Shown here: one piece after another, positions 33,012 to 43,300 of the stretch
Numbering within the stretch: the stretch's first letter is position 1
Layout: every line of letters begins with the position of its first letter
Origin: Candidatus Gastranaerophilales bacterium
GTDB taxonomy: Bacteria > Cyanobacteriota > Vampirovibrionia > Gastranaerophilales > Gastranaerophilaceae
Assembly (NCBI GenBank): GCA_944325885.1
Contig: CALVBT010000003.1
Span: 40,251-104,250 of the forward strand
Length of the DNA stretch: 64,000 bases
Direction of reading: 5' to 3'
Notes under the pieces: generated by a model
Database searches by the model: none
What the model was told of the DNA's origin: nothing
What the model saw: the letters and a program-made list of their open reading frames with translations, nothing else
Position numbers and translations under genes: made by a program

Positions 33012-34065
33012 CTAAATTTTCCTCATACTCCCGTATCTGTTTTATCGTAAAATCATACATATTTTTATTATCATAAAAAGCCCTGTACCATTCAACTGTT
33101 TTTTGAACAGCTTTATCAGCATTATACACCGGCTTCCACCCCAAAACAGCAAATGCCTTATCTATATTAAGATTCAAAAGCCCTGCCTCATGAAGTCCGT
33201 CAGAAGCCGTAACACAATAACTTCCGCTGCCCCATTGTTCAACAAACTTTTTCACTACTTCTTCTACGGTTAAAAGGCTTGCTTCATCAGGGCCGAAATT
33301 AAATCCCTGAGCATATTCTCTGCCGTTTTGCGAGAACAATTTTTCTCCGAGCAAAAGATATCCTGACAACGGTTCCAGAACGTGCTGCCAGGGTCTGACA
33401 GAAGAAGGATTCCTCAACTCTATTTTTTGACCGGAATGCAAAGCCCTGACACAATCAGGCACCAGTCTGTCTTTTGCCCAATCACCGCCGCCTATAACAT
33501 TGCCTGCTCTGGCTGTTGCCATATTAAAAGCATCTGCACCCTGCAAAAAGCTTCTGCGATAAGAAGAAGACATAATCTCCACACAGCCTTTTGAAGAAGA
33601 ATACATATCGTATCCTCCCATAGGGTCATCTTCTTTGTAGCCCGTTTTTGTTTCTTTGTTTTCATAACACTTGTCTGTCGTTACATTAACAAAAGCCTTT
33701 ACACTCCCACAGGTTCTTGCTGCTTCAAGAACATTCAACGTACCCATTACATTAGTGCGGTAGGTAAGAACAGGTTCAAAATAAGACCTGCGCACAAGAG
33801 GCTGTGCAGCAAGATGAAATACAAAATCGGGTTTAAACTCCTGAAAAACCCCTTGCAAATGCTTTTCATCACAAATATCACCAAAAACACTTTTTATTTC
33901 AGAAGAAAGAGATATTGCTTCAAAAAGACAAGGGTCTGTTTCCGGAGCGAGTGCATATCCAAGGACCTCAGCCCCCAGAGATTTCAGCCACACGCTCAGC
34001 CATCCTCCTTTAAAGCCGGTATGACCGGTTATCAAAACTTTTTTGCCTCTATAACACTCAAACAT
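32992..34065 (-). CDS. ddhB: CDP-glucose 4,6-dehydratase (RfbG/DdhB)
   Basis: The track start is 34119. The ATG at 34065 (MFECYRGKKVLITGHTGFKGGWL) matches the homologue N-terminus and removes the overlap with ddhA. YSSSK catalytic motif. Confidence 0.88.
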   Translation of the reverse strand: MFECYRGKKVLITGHTGFKGGWLSVWLKSLGAEVLGYALAPETDPCLFEAISLSSEIKSVFGDICDEKHLQGVFQEFKPDFVFHLAAQPLVRRSYFEPVLTYRTNVMGTLNVLEAARTCGSVKAFVNVTTDKCYENKETKTGYKEDDPMGGYDMYSSSKGCVEIMSSSYRRSFLQGADAFNMATARAGNVIGGGDWAKDRLVPDCVRALHSGQKIELRNPSSVRPWQHVLEPLSGYLLLGEKLFSQNGREYAQGFNFGPDEASLLTVEEVVKKFVEQWGSGSYCVTASDGLHEAGLLNLNIDKAFAVLGWKPVYNADKAVQKTVEWYRAFYDNKNMYDFTIKQIREYEENLDGKTFA

Positions 34066-34082
34066 ATCTGCCAAATCCTGTT

Positions 34083-34880
34083 CTATTCCGGTTTTGCATA
34101 ATCCAACCAGATTGCCCACGGAGCTTTGTCTGTCTGCCAGAGGTGAGTAAGTTCATTTTTATCACGCAGTGTATCCATCGGCTGCCAGAAACCGCTGTGT
34201 TTGTATGCGTTTAATTGATGGTCTTTTGAAAGATTTTCCAGCGGGAATCTTTCAAATATAACATCATCTCCGTCAGGGATGTAATCAAAGACCGCCGGCT
34301 CACAAACGAAAAATCCGCCGTTTATCCATGATTCTTCGCCTTTTGGTTTTTCCATAAATGAGGTAATAAGGTTGTCATCTTTTATAACAAGTGCGCCAAA
34401 ACGCCCTGACAGCTGCACTGCTGTCATTGTAACAAGTTTTTTAGAGTCCTCGTGGCACTTTATAAGTTTATTTATATCCACATTAGCGACACCATCCCCG
34501 TATGTCAAAAGGAATCTTTCATTGCCGATATATTCCTTGGCACGTTTTATTCTGCCGCCGGTCTGTGTATCCTGACCCGTATAGAGCATAGTGACTTTCC
34601 ACGGTTCATTTCTGGTTTTATGCACCTCGACAGTATTGTTGGCCATATCAACGGTTATGTCAGAGTATCTGTTATAGTAATTTATAAAATACTCTTTAAT
34701 CACATGTGATTTATATCCCGTAAGGATAACAAAATCATTGAACCCGTAATAGGAATATATTTTCATAATATGCCAGAGAATAGGTTTGCCGCCTATCTCG
34801 ACCATAGGTTTTGGTTTTAATTCTGTTTCTTCACTGAGTCTTGTACCGAGTCCGCCCGCTAAAATTACTACTTTCATCAA
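34083..34880 (-). CDS. ddhA: Glucose-1-phosphate cytidylyltransferase (RfbF/DdhA)
   Basis: 265 aa. MKVVILAGGLGTRLSEETELKPKPMVEIGGKPILWHIMKIYS is the canonical RfbF N-terminus. Confidence 0.9.
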   Translation of the reverse strand: MMKVVILAGGLGTRLSEETELKPKPMVEIGGKPILWHIMKIYSYYGFNDFVILTGYKSHVIKEYFINYYNRYSDITVDMANNTVEVHKTRNEPWKVTMLYTGQDTQTGGRIKRAKEYIGNERFLLTYGDGVANVDINKLIKCHEDSKKLVTMTAVQLSGRFGALVIKDDNLITSFMEKPKGEESWINGGFFVCEPAVFDYIPDGDDVIFERFPLENLSKDHQLNAYKHSGFWQPMDTLRDKNELTHLWQTDKAPWAIWLDYAKPE

Positions 34881-34941
34881 AAATTCTCCCCGATATGTTT
34901 ATTATAAAAAAAATACGGGCAATGCACAATATTTTATATAT

Positions 34942-35925
34942 TTAAAAGCCGTCGGGATGATTTTTGTGCCAGTTCCATGCAGTAGCAATAATTTCACCGA
35001 GTTCGGCATGTTGAGGCTTCCAGCCGAGAATATTTTTTGCTTTTTCACTCGAGGCAATCAATTGTGCGGGGTCGCCAGCTCTTCTCGGAGCGACAACAGC
35101 AGGAATCGGATGACCGGTGACTTTTCTTGCGGTTTCTATAACCTCTTTTACACTAAAACCGACACCGTTGCCGAGATTGAACACGTTGCTTTCTTCACCG
35201 TTTTCAAGATATTTTACGGCAAGAATATGCGCCTGAGCCAAATCCGTAACATGGATATAATCTCTTATACAGGTTCCGTCTTTTGTATCATAATCCTCGC
35301 CAAAGATTTTTATTGATTCACGTTTGCCGTTTGGCACCTGAAGGATAAGCGGAATCAAATGAGATTCAGGGTTGTGATCTTCTCCGATTTTTCCAGAAAC
35401 ATGCGCACCGCAGGCATTGAAATATCTCAAAGACACAAATCTCAAGCCATGTGCTTTAGAAACCCACTTGAACATCTTTTCCATAGCGAGTTTTGTTTCG
35501 CCATAGGTATTTGTCGGTTCTGTTAAATCATCCTCAAAAATAGGCACACGCTCAGGCTCGCCGTAGGTGGCTGCCGTAGATGAAAAAACAATTTTGTCTA
35601 TTTTGTGTTTTACCATTGATTTTAGCAGAACCATTGTCCCGTAAAGATTGTTGTCATAATACTTTAGCGGGTCTGTCATACTTTCCGCAACAAGAGAATT
35701 TGCCGCAAAATGAATAACAGCATCAATTTTTTCTTTTTCAAAAACAGAATCCAAAAACGCTTCATCTCTGATATCACCCTGATAAAATCTTGCCATAGGG
35801 TGGAGAGCTTCTTTGTGGCCGGTTTGTAAATTGTCGACAACCACAACGTCTTCGTTTTTGTCTATAAGTTCATAAACAGTGTGAGAGCCAATATATCCGG
35901 CTCCGCCCAGAACCAGTATCGTCAT
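34942..35925 (-). CDS. galE: UDP-glucose 4-epimerase
   Basis: 327 aa. VLGGAGYIGSH, the YGETK catalytic motif, and a GalE-like C-terminus. Confidence 0.88.
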   Translation of the reverse strand: MTILVLGGAGYIGSHTVYELIDKNEDVVVVDNLQTGHKEALHPMARFYQGDIRDEAFLDSVFEKEKIDAVIHFAANSLVAESMTDPLKYYDNNLYGTMVLLKSMVKHKIDKIVFSSTAATYGEPERVPIFEDDLTEPTNTYGETKLAMEKMFKWVSKAHGLRFVSLRYFNACGAHVSGKIGEDHNPESHLIPLILQVPNGKRESIKIFGEDYDTKDGTCIRDYIHVTDLAQAHILAVKYLENGEESNVFNLGNGVGFSVKEVIETARKVTGHPIPAVVAPRRAGDPAQLIASSEKAKNILGWKPQHAELGEIIATAWNWHKNHPDGF

Positions 35926-35927
35926 AT

Positions 35928-36668
35928 TTATATTTCCATTTTTTTCAAGCTCGGGCTTACTGAAAAATCAGCAGTAACAGAAGCTTTTATATCATCAATA
36001 GAAAACATCGGATTGATTTCCGTAAGCAACAGTCCTTTTTTGGTCACCTCAAACACGCAGCGTTCCGTAATAATCATATCAACCTCTCTGTATGCTGTAA
36101 GAGGCAGTGTACATTTTTTCAGGATTTTTACAGTACCTTTTGAGGTATGTTCCATTGCGACAATAACTTTTTTAGCACCGACGACCAAATCCATAGACCC
36201 GCCCATGCCGGGAACCATCTTGCCCGGAATCATCCAGCTGGCGAGGCTGCCTTCCTCATCCACCTGCAATGCGCCGAGTACGGTTGCATCTATATGACCG
36301 CCTCGCATCATGGTAAAAGCCATCAAAGAGTCATAAAAACATGCTCCTCGTTTAGCTTCAACAAGCCCGCCTCCGGCATTTATGATTCTCGGATCCAGAT
36401 TTTCGCCCTTTTGAGATTTTCCGACACCCAAAAGCCCGTTCTCTGACTGAAAAACAATATGCATATTTTCAGGCACATAATCAGCAACAGCTGTCGGAAG
36501 ACCTATACCGAGGGTTACTACATCGCCTTCTTTAAATTCTTTTGCAGCACGTTTTGCAATTATTTCTCTGATTTTTTCTTTTGACAAACCCTTATCCTGC
36601 AAGATAGGATTTGTTACAGAAATATTTGATAAACTTTCTTTTGTTTTTTTATCTGCCAGTATTTCCAT
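35928..36668 (-). CDS. 3-oxoacid/acetate CoA-transferase subunit B
   Basis: 246 aa. SENG catalytic motif (FQSENGLLG) and GIGLPT. About 25 aa of N-terminal extension relative to typical AtoA/ScoB. Confidence 0.85.
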   Translation of the reverse strand: MEILADKKTKESLSNISVTNPILQDKGLSKEKIREIIAKRAAKEFKEGDVVTLGIGLPTAVADYVPENMHIVFQSENGLLGVGKSQKGENLDPRIINAGGGLVEAKRGACFYDSLMAFTMMRGGHIDATVLGALQVDEEGSLASWMIPGKMVPGMGGSMDLVVGAKKVIVAMEHTSKGTVKILKKCTLPLTAYREVDMIITERCVFEVTKKGLLLTEINPMFSIDDIKASVTADFSVSPSLKKMEI

Positions 36669-37327
36669 CAGTTGTCCTCTCTTACAACAATATAATCAAT
36701 AAACAATCCGGGTATAACAACATCGTCCGGATCCAGACAATCAACAAGCTCGTCCGCCTGAACTATGACTGTATCTGCAGCCGTAGCCATAACAGTATTC
36801 AGGTTTCTTGTTGTGCCGTAATATGCAACATTACCGAATTTATCGACCTTTGTACCGTATATCAGCGCAAAATCCGCACCGAGAGGTTTTTCGAATATAA
36901 ACTTTTTGCCGTCTATATCCATAGTCTTTTTGTTTTCTTCCAGAACAGTACCAACGCCGGTCGGGGTCAAAACACCGCCGAGTCCGGTGCCTTTTGCTCT
37001 AATTTTTTCGATTAGAGTACCCATTGGAACAAGTTCAACATCCAACTCGCCCGAGTTCATCTGGAGGCCTGTTTCGGGGTTTGTTCCGATATGAGATGTA
37101 ATAAGTTTTTTTATCTGTTTATTAACAATCAATTTGCCCTTGTCTGCATCGGGGTATGTCGTGTCATTGGAAATCATTGTAAGATTTTTGACATTTTGAC
37201 GCACAAGTTCGTCAATCAGTTTGTCCGGTGCGCCGCAGCTCAAAAATCCGCCGACCATTACGGAAGAACCGTCATCTATCAAATTTATTGCGTCTTGGGC
37301 TGATATTATCTTTTTCATATTCCCCAA
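36668..37327 (-). CDS. 3-oxoacid/acetate CoA-transferase subunit A
   Basis: 219 aa. Typical AtoD/ScoA layout (VMVGGF...GAP; GGVLTPTGVGT). Stop overlaps the subunit B start. Confidence 0.85.
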   Translation of the reverse strand: MGNMKKIISAQDAINLIDDGSSVMVGGFLSCGAPDKLIDELVRQNVKNLTMISNDTTYPDADKGKLIVNKQIKKLITSHIGTNPETGLQMNSGELDVELVPMGTLIEKIRAKGTGLGGVLTPTGVGTVLEENKKTMDIDGKKFIFEKPLGADFALIYGTKVDKFGNVAYYGTTRNLNTVMATAADTVIVQADELVDCLDPDDVVIPGLFIDYIVVREDN

Positions 37328-37393
37328 TGTCCTTTTACTTCATTCTATTATAAATTTCATATTTTGTAAAAATTTAAACAGAAATCGTTTACA

Positions 37394-40300
37394 TTATACA
37401 TCTTCATAAGAAATTTCAAGACTGTTAGAATTTGCTATTGCGTTTTGAAAAATCTCATTATTGTACTGCATAATTTTGTTATATTTTTCAATTATTTCCT
37501 GCTGCAGTTTGTGAGCATTTGTACCTTCTTTTGGGTTCAGTTTAACAACAAGTCTTAAAATTGTGGTGAGGTCGTTCAAATCTTCTTGAATTTTGTTAAT
37601 TTCAAGATTTGTTGTAGAAGATATTGCATCTTTGACATCGTTAAACATTTGATTGAGTATTATTGTTTCCGGCAAATCAGGATTTGCAGAAATAACAGAT
37701 TTTACCTCATCAAAAGCATTCAGAATAAAATCAACATTGTTTTGTCTTTTGAGTCCTTTTGTTTTGGCTATTATATGTTTTTTTGCATTTTCTATCAATT
37801 CTTCACAATTTGCATTTTTGTCGAGTGTTTTGTTCAGTTCATCCAACTCACATTGCAATGCTTCATTTTGAAGATTTGTTTCGTTAATAATAGCAGCGAG
37901 TTTGTCTATATCTTTCTTTGAGTCTTCAAAATTAAAAAGATCAGACTCTTTTTTCAGAAATTTTTCCATAAGTCCGAGTTTTTCCAGAAAGATTTGAGCA
38001 GTGCTGTCATCATTTTCAAGAATCAGTGCGTTTACAATATAATTTATAGCCTCATCATCAGCCATTGTTAAAGATGCGCCTGACTCATCAAAAAGAGTGG
38101 TATCGTAATTTTTGAACTTGTTTACAACAAGCCCCGGATTGCCAAGATCCTCTGCATCCATAAGAAGATATTTTATATCAACATAAGATGAAAGCACGAG
38201 AGCATTTTTGAGATATTCTTTCATCAAATCTTTTTCTCTTATCAAGTTGTGCTTTAGATTTTCATTTTTTGTTTTTGCTATCTCGCTATCTTTCGCAGAA
38301 AGTGTAAGATATCTGTCCAGTATTTCCTGAGGGAAATTCAAAATATGATATTTTTTATAACTTTCTTCAATTTTTTCATGCAAATAATCTGATTTTTCTT
38401 CGCTGTAAGGCTGTTTTTTATTTTGTTCAAAATAATCTTTTATATACCCTTTTAAATGCGCCTCTGCATTATCACGGTTTTGCGGTGATATATATGAATC
38501 AACAAATCCGTTGACCAAATTTTCAAGGTTTGTTGCATTTTTGTTTATATTTTTATTAAACTTTTCCACTGACAGATTTGTATTGTTGTAACGTACAACA
38601 AAATTCACAAGCTGTTTGAAACTTTTGCTGTTTTCAACTGTGTTTTTATCCAGTTTTTTGCAGCTGTTCAGCATAGAGAACAAATCTTCTTTTACAGCGG
38701 ATTTATCTTTATTTTTATCAAGAGAAACCATGTAATTTGAAAACTCCTCTGCAAAATTCTGAATATTATCGTTATTCAAAAGTTCATCACCCGCTGCCAG
38801 CATAGCATTCAGCACCTGTCCGTAAAGCTGCTGCTGTTTTTGGGTAACGTTTGAATAAAGATTCTTTGTATTATTAATCTGTTTTAGCAGCGAATCCAGA
38901 TTGTTGAAGAATTCAAGTTTTGTATTATTATCAGCAGACACAGCCATACGTGACAACTGTTCTTCTATCTTTCTTTTGTCAAATATTTTGTCATAATATG
39001 GCATTTTGTTTTTGATTTCTTCGTTTACCCAGTCATAGATATTTTTTGACACATCAGGCCTGTATTTTAACGGAATATCTATAGAAAGAGCCATATTAAC
39101 AGCACTTTTTAAATCATTAAGCAGGGCATCTTTTTTGTCCAGCAAAATTTCCGGCGGATTGAGATTTTTCACTGCAGCAACTTCTTTTTTCCAATCCTCA
39201 AAAGCTTTTTTGTAATCACCGGCAGTGGCTGAGGCAGGAAGCTGCAGCATCTTTTGTGCAGCAGAAAGAGATACCGCTATTGATTCATCATTATGATTTG
39301 CTGTAATAAATTCGTCGAGCATATTTTTCAATGCTTTACGCTGGCTGCTGTTCAAACTTTTGCCGTCAGGTAATGAAGAAAGGAAATTGTCGATATTTTG
39401 TGTAATTTCGTATACAAACAAACTGATTTTTATATTGCTGATTTGAATAACGGTACTAAAAACACAGTCATCAAGAAGATTAATTTTTTTATTTATTATC
39501 TCCTGATTTACGGCAGTTATTTCCGGATAAGCAGGCATTACACCGTATTTTCTGTAGTTTGCATCTTTGTAACGGTTAAAAAGTTTTTTGTAGCCCAATG
39601 ATGACAACGAAAATCTAAAAGATCTGTACAAATCATCATAAGTTCTGTCAGACTTGTAAACAGAGCCTCTGACTTTTTTCTGCAATTTTTTATATTGAAA
39701 ACGTGGTTCCGTATCAGAAAGTTCAATATCGCTGAGCAGATATTTCTGGAACACAAGATTCTGGATGCTTTCTTCGACATCGGAATTTGAAGCATTAAAC
39801 AAACGCACAACATCATAACCTGTATAATGTTTGTAGCCCAAATCTTCGTCTGTTGCATCTTTAGTAAGTTCCAAAAACTGTTCTGTTGTCATATCCTGCA
39901 GCTGTCTATAGATTTTTACAAAATCCTCGTTTGTTTCAGGATTGAATTTTTTGTCTATATATTTAACAATAGCGTTTTGCTGCGGAGTATCCTTAAGCAG
40001 GTCTTTTTCTTTAAAATACAAAACGTCCTGTACGTCTTTTGTCAGGGCTTCTTTTATTTGTGCTTTTGCTTTTTCTCTGTTTGCGGATTCCGGAACAACG
40101 TTGTCGAACTGTTTCAGGACTTTATTTACAAAAAAGTCTATTGTATTTTTCAAGCTTCCGTCAAACATTGCTTTTTCATTTTTTGAATAAACAGCAGTAT
40201 TGGCAATTATTTTTATTTTCTGTTCGTCTGTCAGGTTTATATTATTTTGTTTTAGAGCATCATTCAAAATAGGGATAATATGATTTCTCTTTTTGTTCAA

Positions 40301-43300
40301 AGCATAAGCATACAGAATCTCGGGATCTTTGGCAAAAGCATATTTGAAATTGGCAATTGCAATATCTTTTTGCTTTTGTTTAATCTTTTCCAGCTGTTGA
40401 ATATTATCGATTTTAGCCAGTTCCTTCCAGAAGGAAAGATACTCATAAGACATCTGCAACGCTGCTTTTTCAAATGTAACTTTTAAAACATCATCATCAG
40501 CCAGACTATCAAAGTCAGCTTTTGAAGTGATACCTTTATTAAAAGGAGTCGCCTGCAGTCTTTTCACAATATCGTCAAATTCTTTTTCATACAATCTTGC
40601 AGCTGTCTGGGATTGTACTTTTTTGGCTTTGATTTGGTCCACAGTCATATTTTTGGCCATTCTTGACAAATTGTCCACATACAGATAATCCGGAACAAAA
40701 ATAGCGTCTTTGAGCTGTGCCGCAATATCATCCGCCTTTTTAGAAATATCATTTATTAATATTGAAGAAATTAACGGGAACTTGTAGTGTTCCATTTCAG
40801 AAGAATTTGTCAACTTTTTGATATTTTTCAATTCTATATCAGAAGCAAAATGTTCTCCTGTTTTGTGAAGGAGATTTTCCACATAGTTGCCGTTTCTCCA
40901 TTTGTTATCGGTAATATATCCGAGTTCTCCGCCTCTTTTGTCGCTATAGTCGGTACGGGTAAGACCTTTGGAATCAATCCAGATATTTTCATGCTCGGAC
41001 GCACCCCATGTATTGTCGTGGAAGAGGATGTCTTTTCCGTCTTTTTCTTCTATTTCGGAAATATATTGAGCGTGCCAGCCCGGTTTGTCGTGGAAAACAC
41101 TCGTTGATGAAATACCCGAATGAGGCGAATTTTTAATTTTTTCAACAGCTTCAGGAACGCTGACAAAGGAATACGGCTTGTCTGTCAGGGATTGGAGTAT
41201 CTTAGCTTCCTGTCTATCAAAGAGTCCTGAGCTGCCTTCTGCAGGAACCCAGAACATGCCGGTATTCACACCGACATTTTTTGCCTGTTCTTCAAGAGGA
41301 ACTCTCAAATCTCTATATACTTTTGTGAGTTCTTTGTTTACAAACGCAGCCATTGAATTAACTGATTTGTTTATATTTTTTAATGCCAGTTTTTCCTGAT
41401 TTGAATACTTGTACAAAGATGGGTCAGAAATCTTGCCCTGTCTTGAGGAAAACTCGTCAGAGGAGCGGAGTTTGTCTATAGCATTGTATCTGTCCTGCAG
41501 TTTTTGCATATCATTTTCAGCAGCTATTTTGCCTTCGTTTTCCCAAATTTTTATGATTGCACTGCCTGGATTGGCTGTGTTAAGCAAGTTTCCGTTTTCG
41601 TCTTCAAATTCAAAGGCATTTCTAATATTAGCCAGAGAAATAGAAAAATTGTTAAACTCTTCCGACAATTCCTGAAGAGCCAGTTTGGATTCCAGAATCG
41701 GAGAATCTTCGCTCAGGCCGTTAGCAATGTTGAAATTTTTGATTATGAATTTGCTTGTTTCGTCCTCTGGTTTTTCCATTGCTTCTGCCAAAACATTAAA
41801 AGCATCCGCAAAAACTCTGAGCTGGTTTTTGTTGCCGGTTTTGTTGAAAATATCAATATATTCTTCATCCGTAATATTTTCGGACAAAGCTTTTTCAAAA
41901 TCATTATAAATATTAATTATTTTGTGTTTATCAGGTTTTATGCCGAGAGAAACAGCAGCATCCTGCAAAAGGATTTTGTCCCCGTTTTCAATTTCGGACT
42001 TCAAAACCTCGATGCTGTTTTTCATTGCGGTTTTTCGATTTTCAATGCCGAGTTTGCGGAAAAAGTCATCAAGCTCAACAGTATAGCTTTCTTTTACCGC
42101 ATCATAAAGCCCGTACAACAGTTCAAGTACAGACTCTTTGTCCGGTTCTGTCTGAAAAGCAACAGAAAAATGTTTTATATATCTTTCATCACCTGTTTTT
42201 TCAATATGATTTATGACTTTTGCTATATTTTCAACAAAAAACGTATCTGAGTCCGGCATATCGTAATAAATCATATAATCCGTTATCAAATCTTCATCGG
42301 ACAAGGATGAAATCAAAGCAGTCCTGTAGGCTGCTGCAGCATTGAAAAGTTTTCTGTCAAAGGCTATTTTGTCTTTTATATTGCTTTTTGCGTTTATTGA
42401 ATCTTTTATGCTGTTTGACATTTCAACAAGCTCTCTTATCTGTTGAAGATTTTTATCCGTTACCGCAGCATCAGCAGCTCCGTATTTTTCCATCAGATAA
42501 GCTTTTATTTTTTGTTCTTTTACAGAGGTTTCTTCATTCGGGAGAAAATGATATTTTGCAGTTCCGTCTTTTATTTTGTCTATTTGAGAAGAAACATCCG
42601 CCTGCAGTTTTTCTACATCATGAGCAATTTTTGTTCTTTGCTCGTCAGACAAAGAAGGAAACACAGCAGAAATCTTATTTTTCAGACTTCCCTGCAGCTC
42701 CTGCAGCATTTTTATATCAGAATCCAGATTATTCTGTCTTTTATTATATTTATACTGTTTTTTAAGTTTAAAAACCTTTACACTGTCCACTGTTTCCTTT
42801 GCTTTTAACAAAGACTGATAATATTTGTGTTTTGCCTTTAATTTTGAATCAGCAAGCGGCAATCTGTAATGAGAATCTTCAAACACAGAAAAATGCTGAG
42901 GGTCAAATGCTGTATAAACGCCCTGCGCAACTTTATCCGCACCGTACATATCAGCTATATTCATCCACTGTGTGGTAGATGCATCAACAATTCTATACCC
43001 CTTTGCCAGTGCAGTATCAAAATCCACATTTATCTTCGGAACCGAAATTTTTTGGCCTGAGCCGAGATTTGTGATGTCATAAATTTTTATACTATCCGTA
43101 TCATCCAGCTCTGACAACACTGTATCAACATACTTTTGTTTATATTCATAAGACATCAGCTTTCTTGCTATGGAAATAGCCGCACACATACCGTGGCTTT
43201 TTTGATTTATTGCCTTTGTGTTAGGGACTTTTGTAGCAGAATCAACAACTATATCGTTCAAAATTTCTGCCAGCACTACTGTTTTTTTGTCTGCGAGCTG

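Noticed and set aside
34786-35316. 176-aa plus-strand ORF spanning the ddhA-galE junction. Similar antisense ORFs occur in 22194-22786, 26151-26777, 30363-30722, 30937-31341 and 32172-32741.
   Set aside because: Each lies opposite a gene with strong, specific family motifs (RfbF, GalE, ABC ATPase, HD hydrolase, aldolase-like, SDR, RfbH). They are antisense artefacts typical of this composition.
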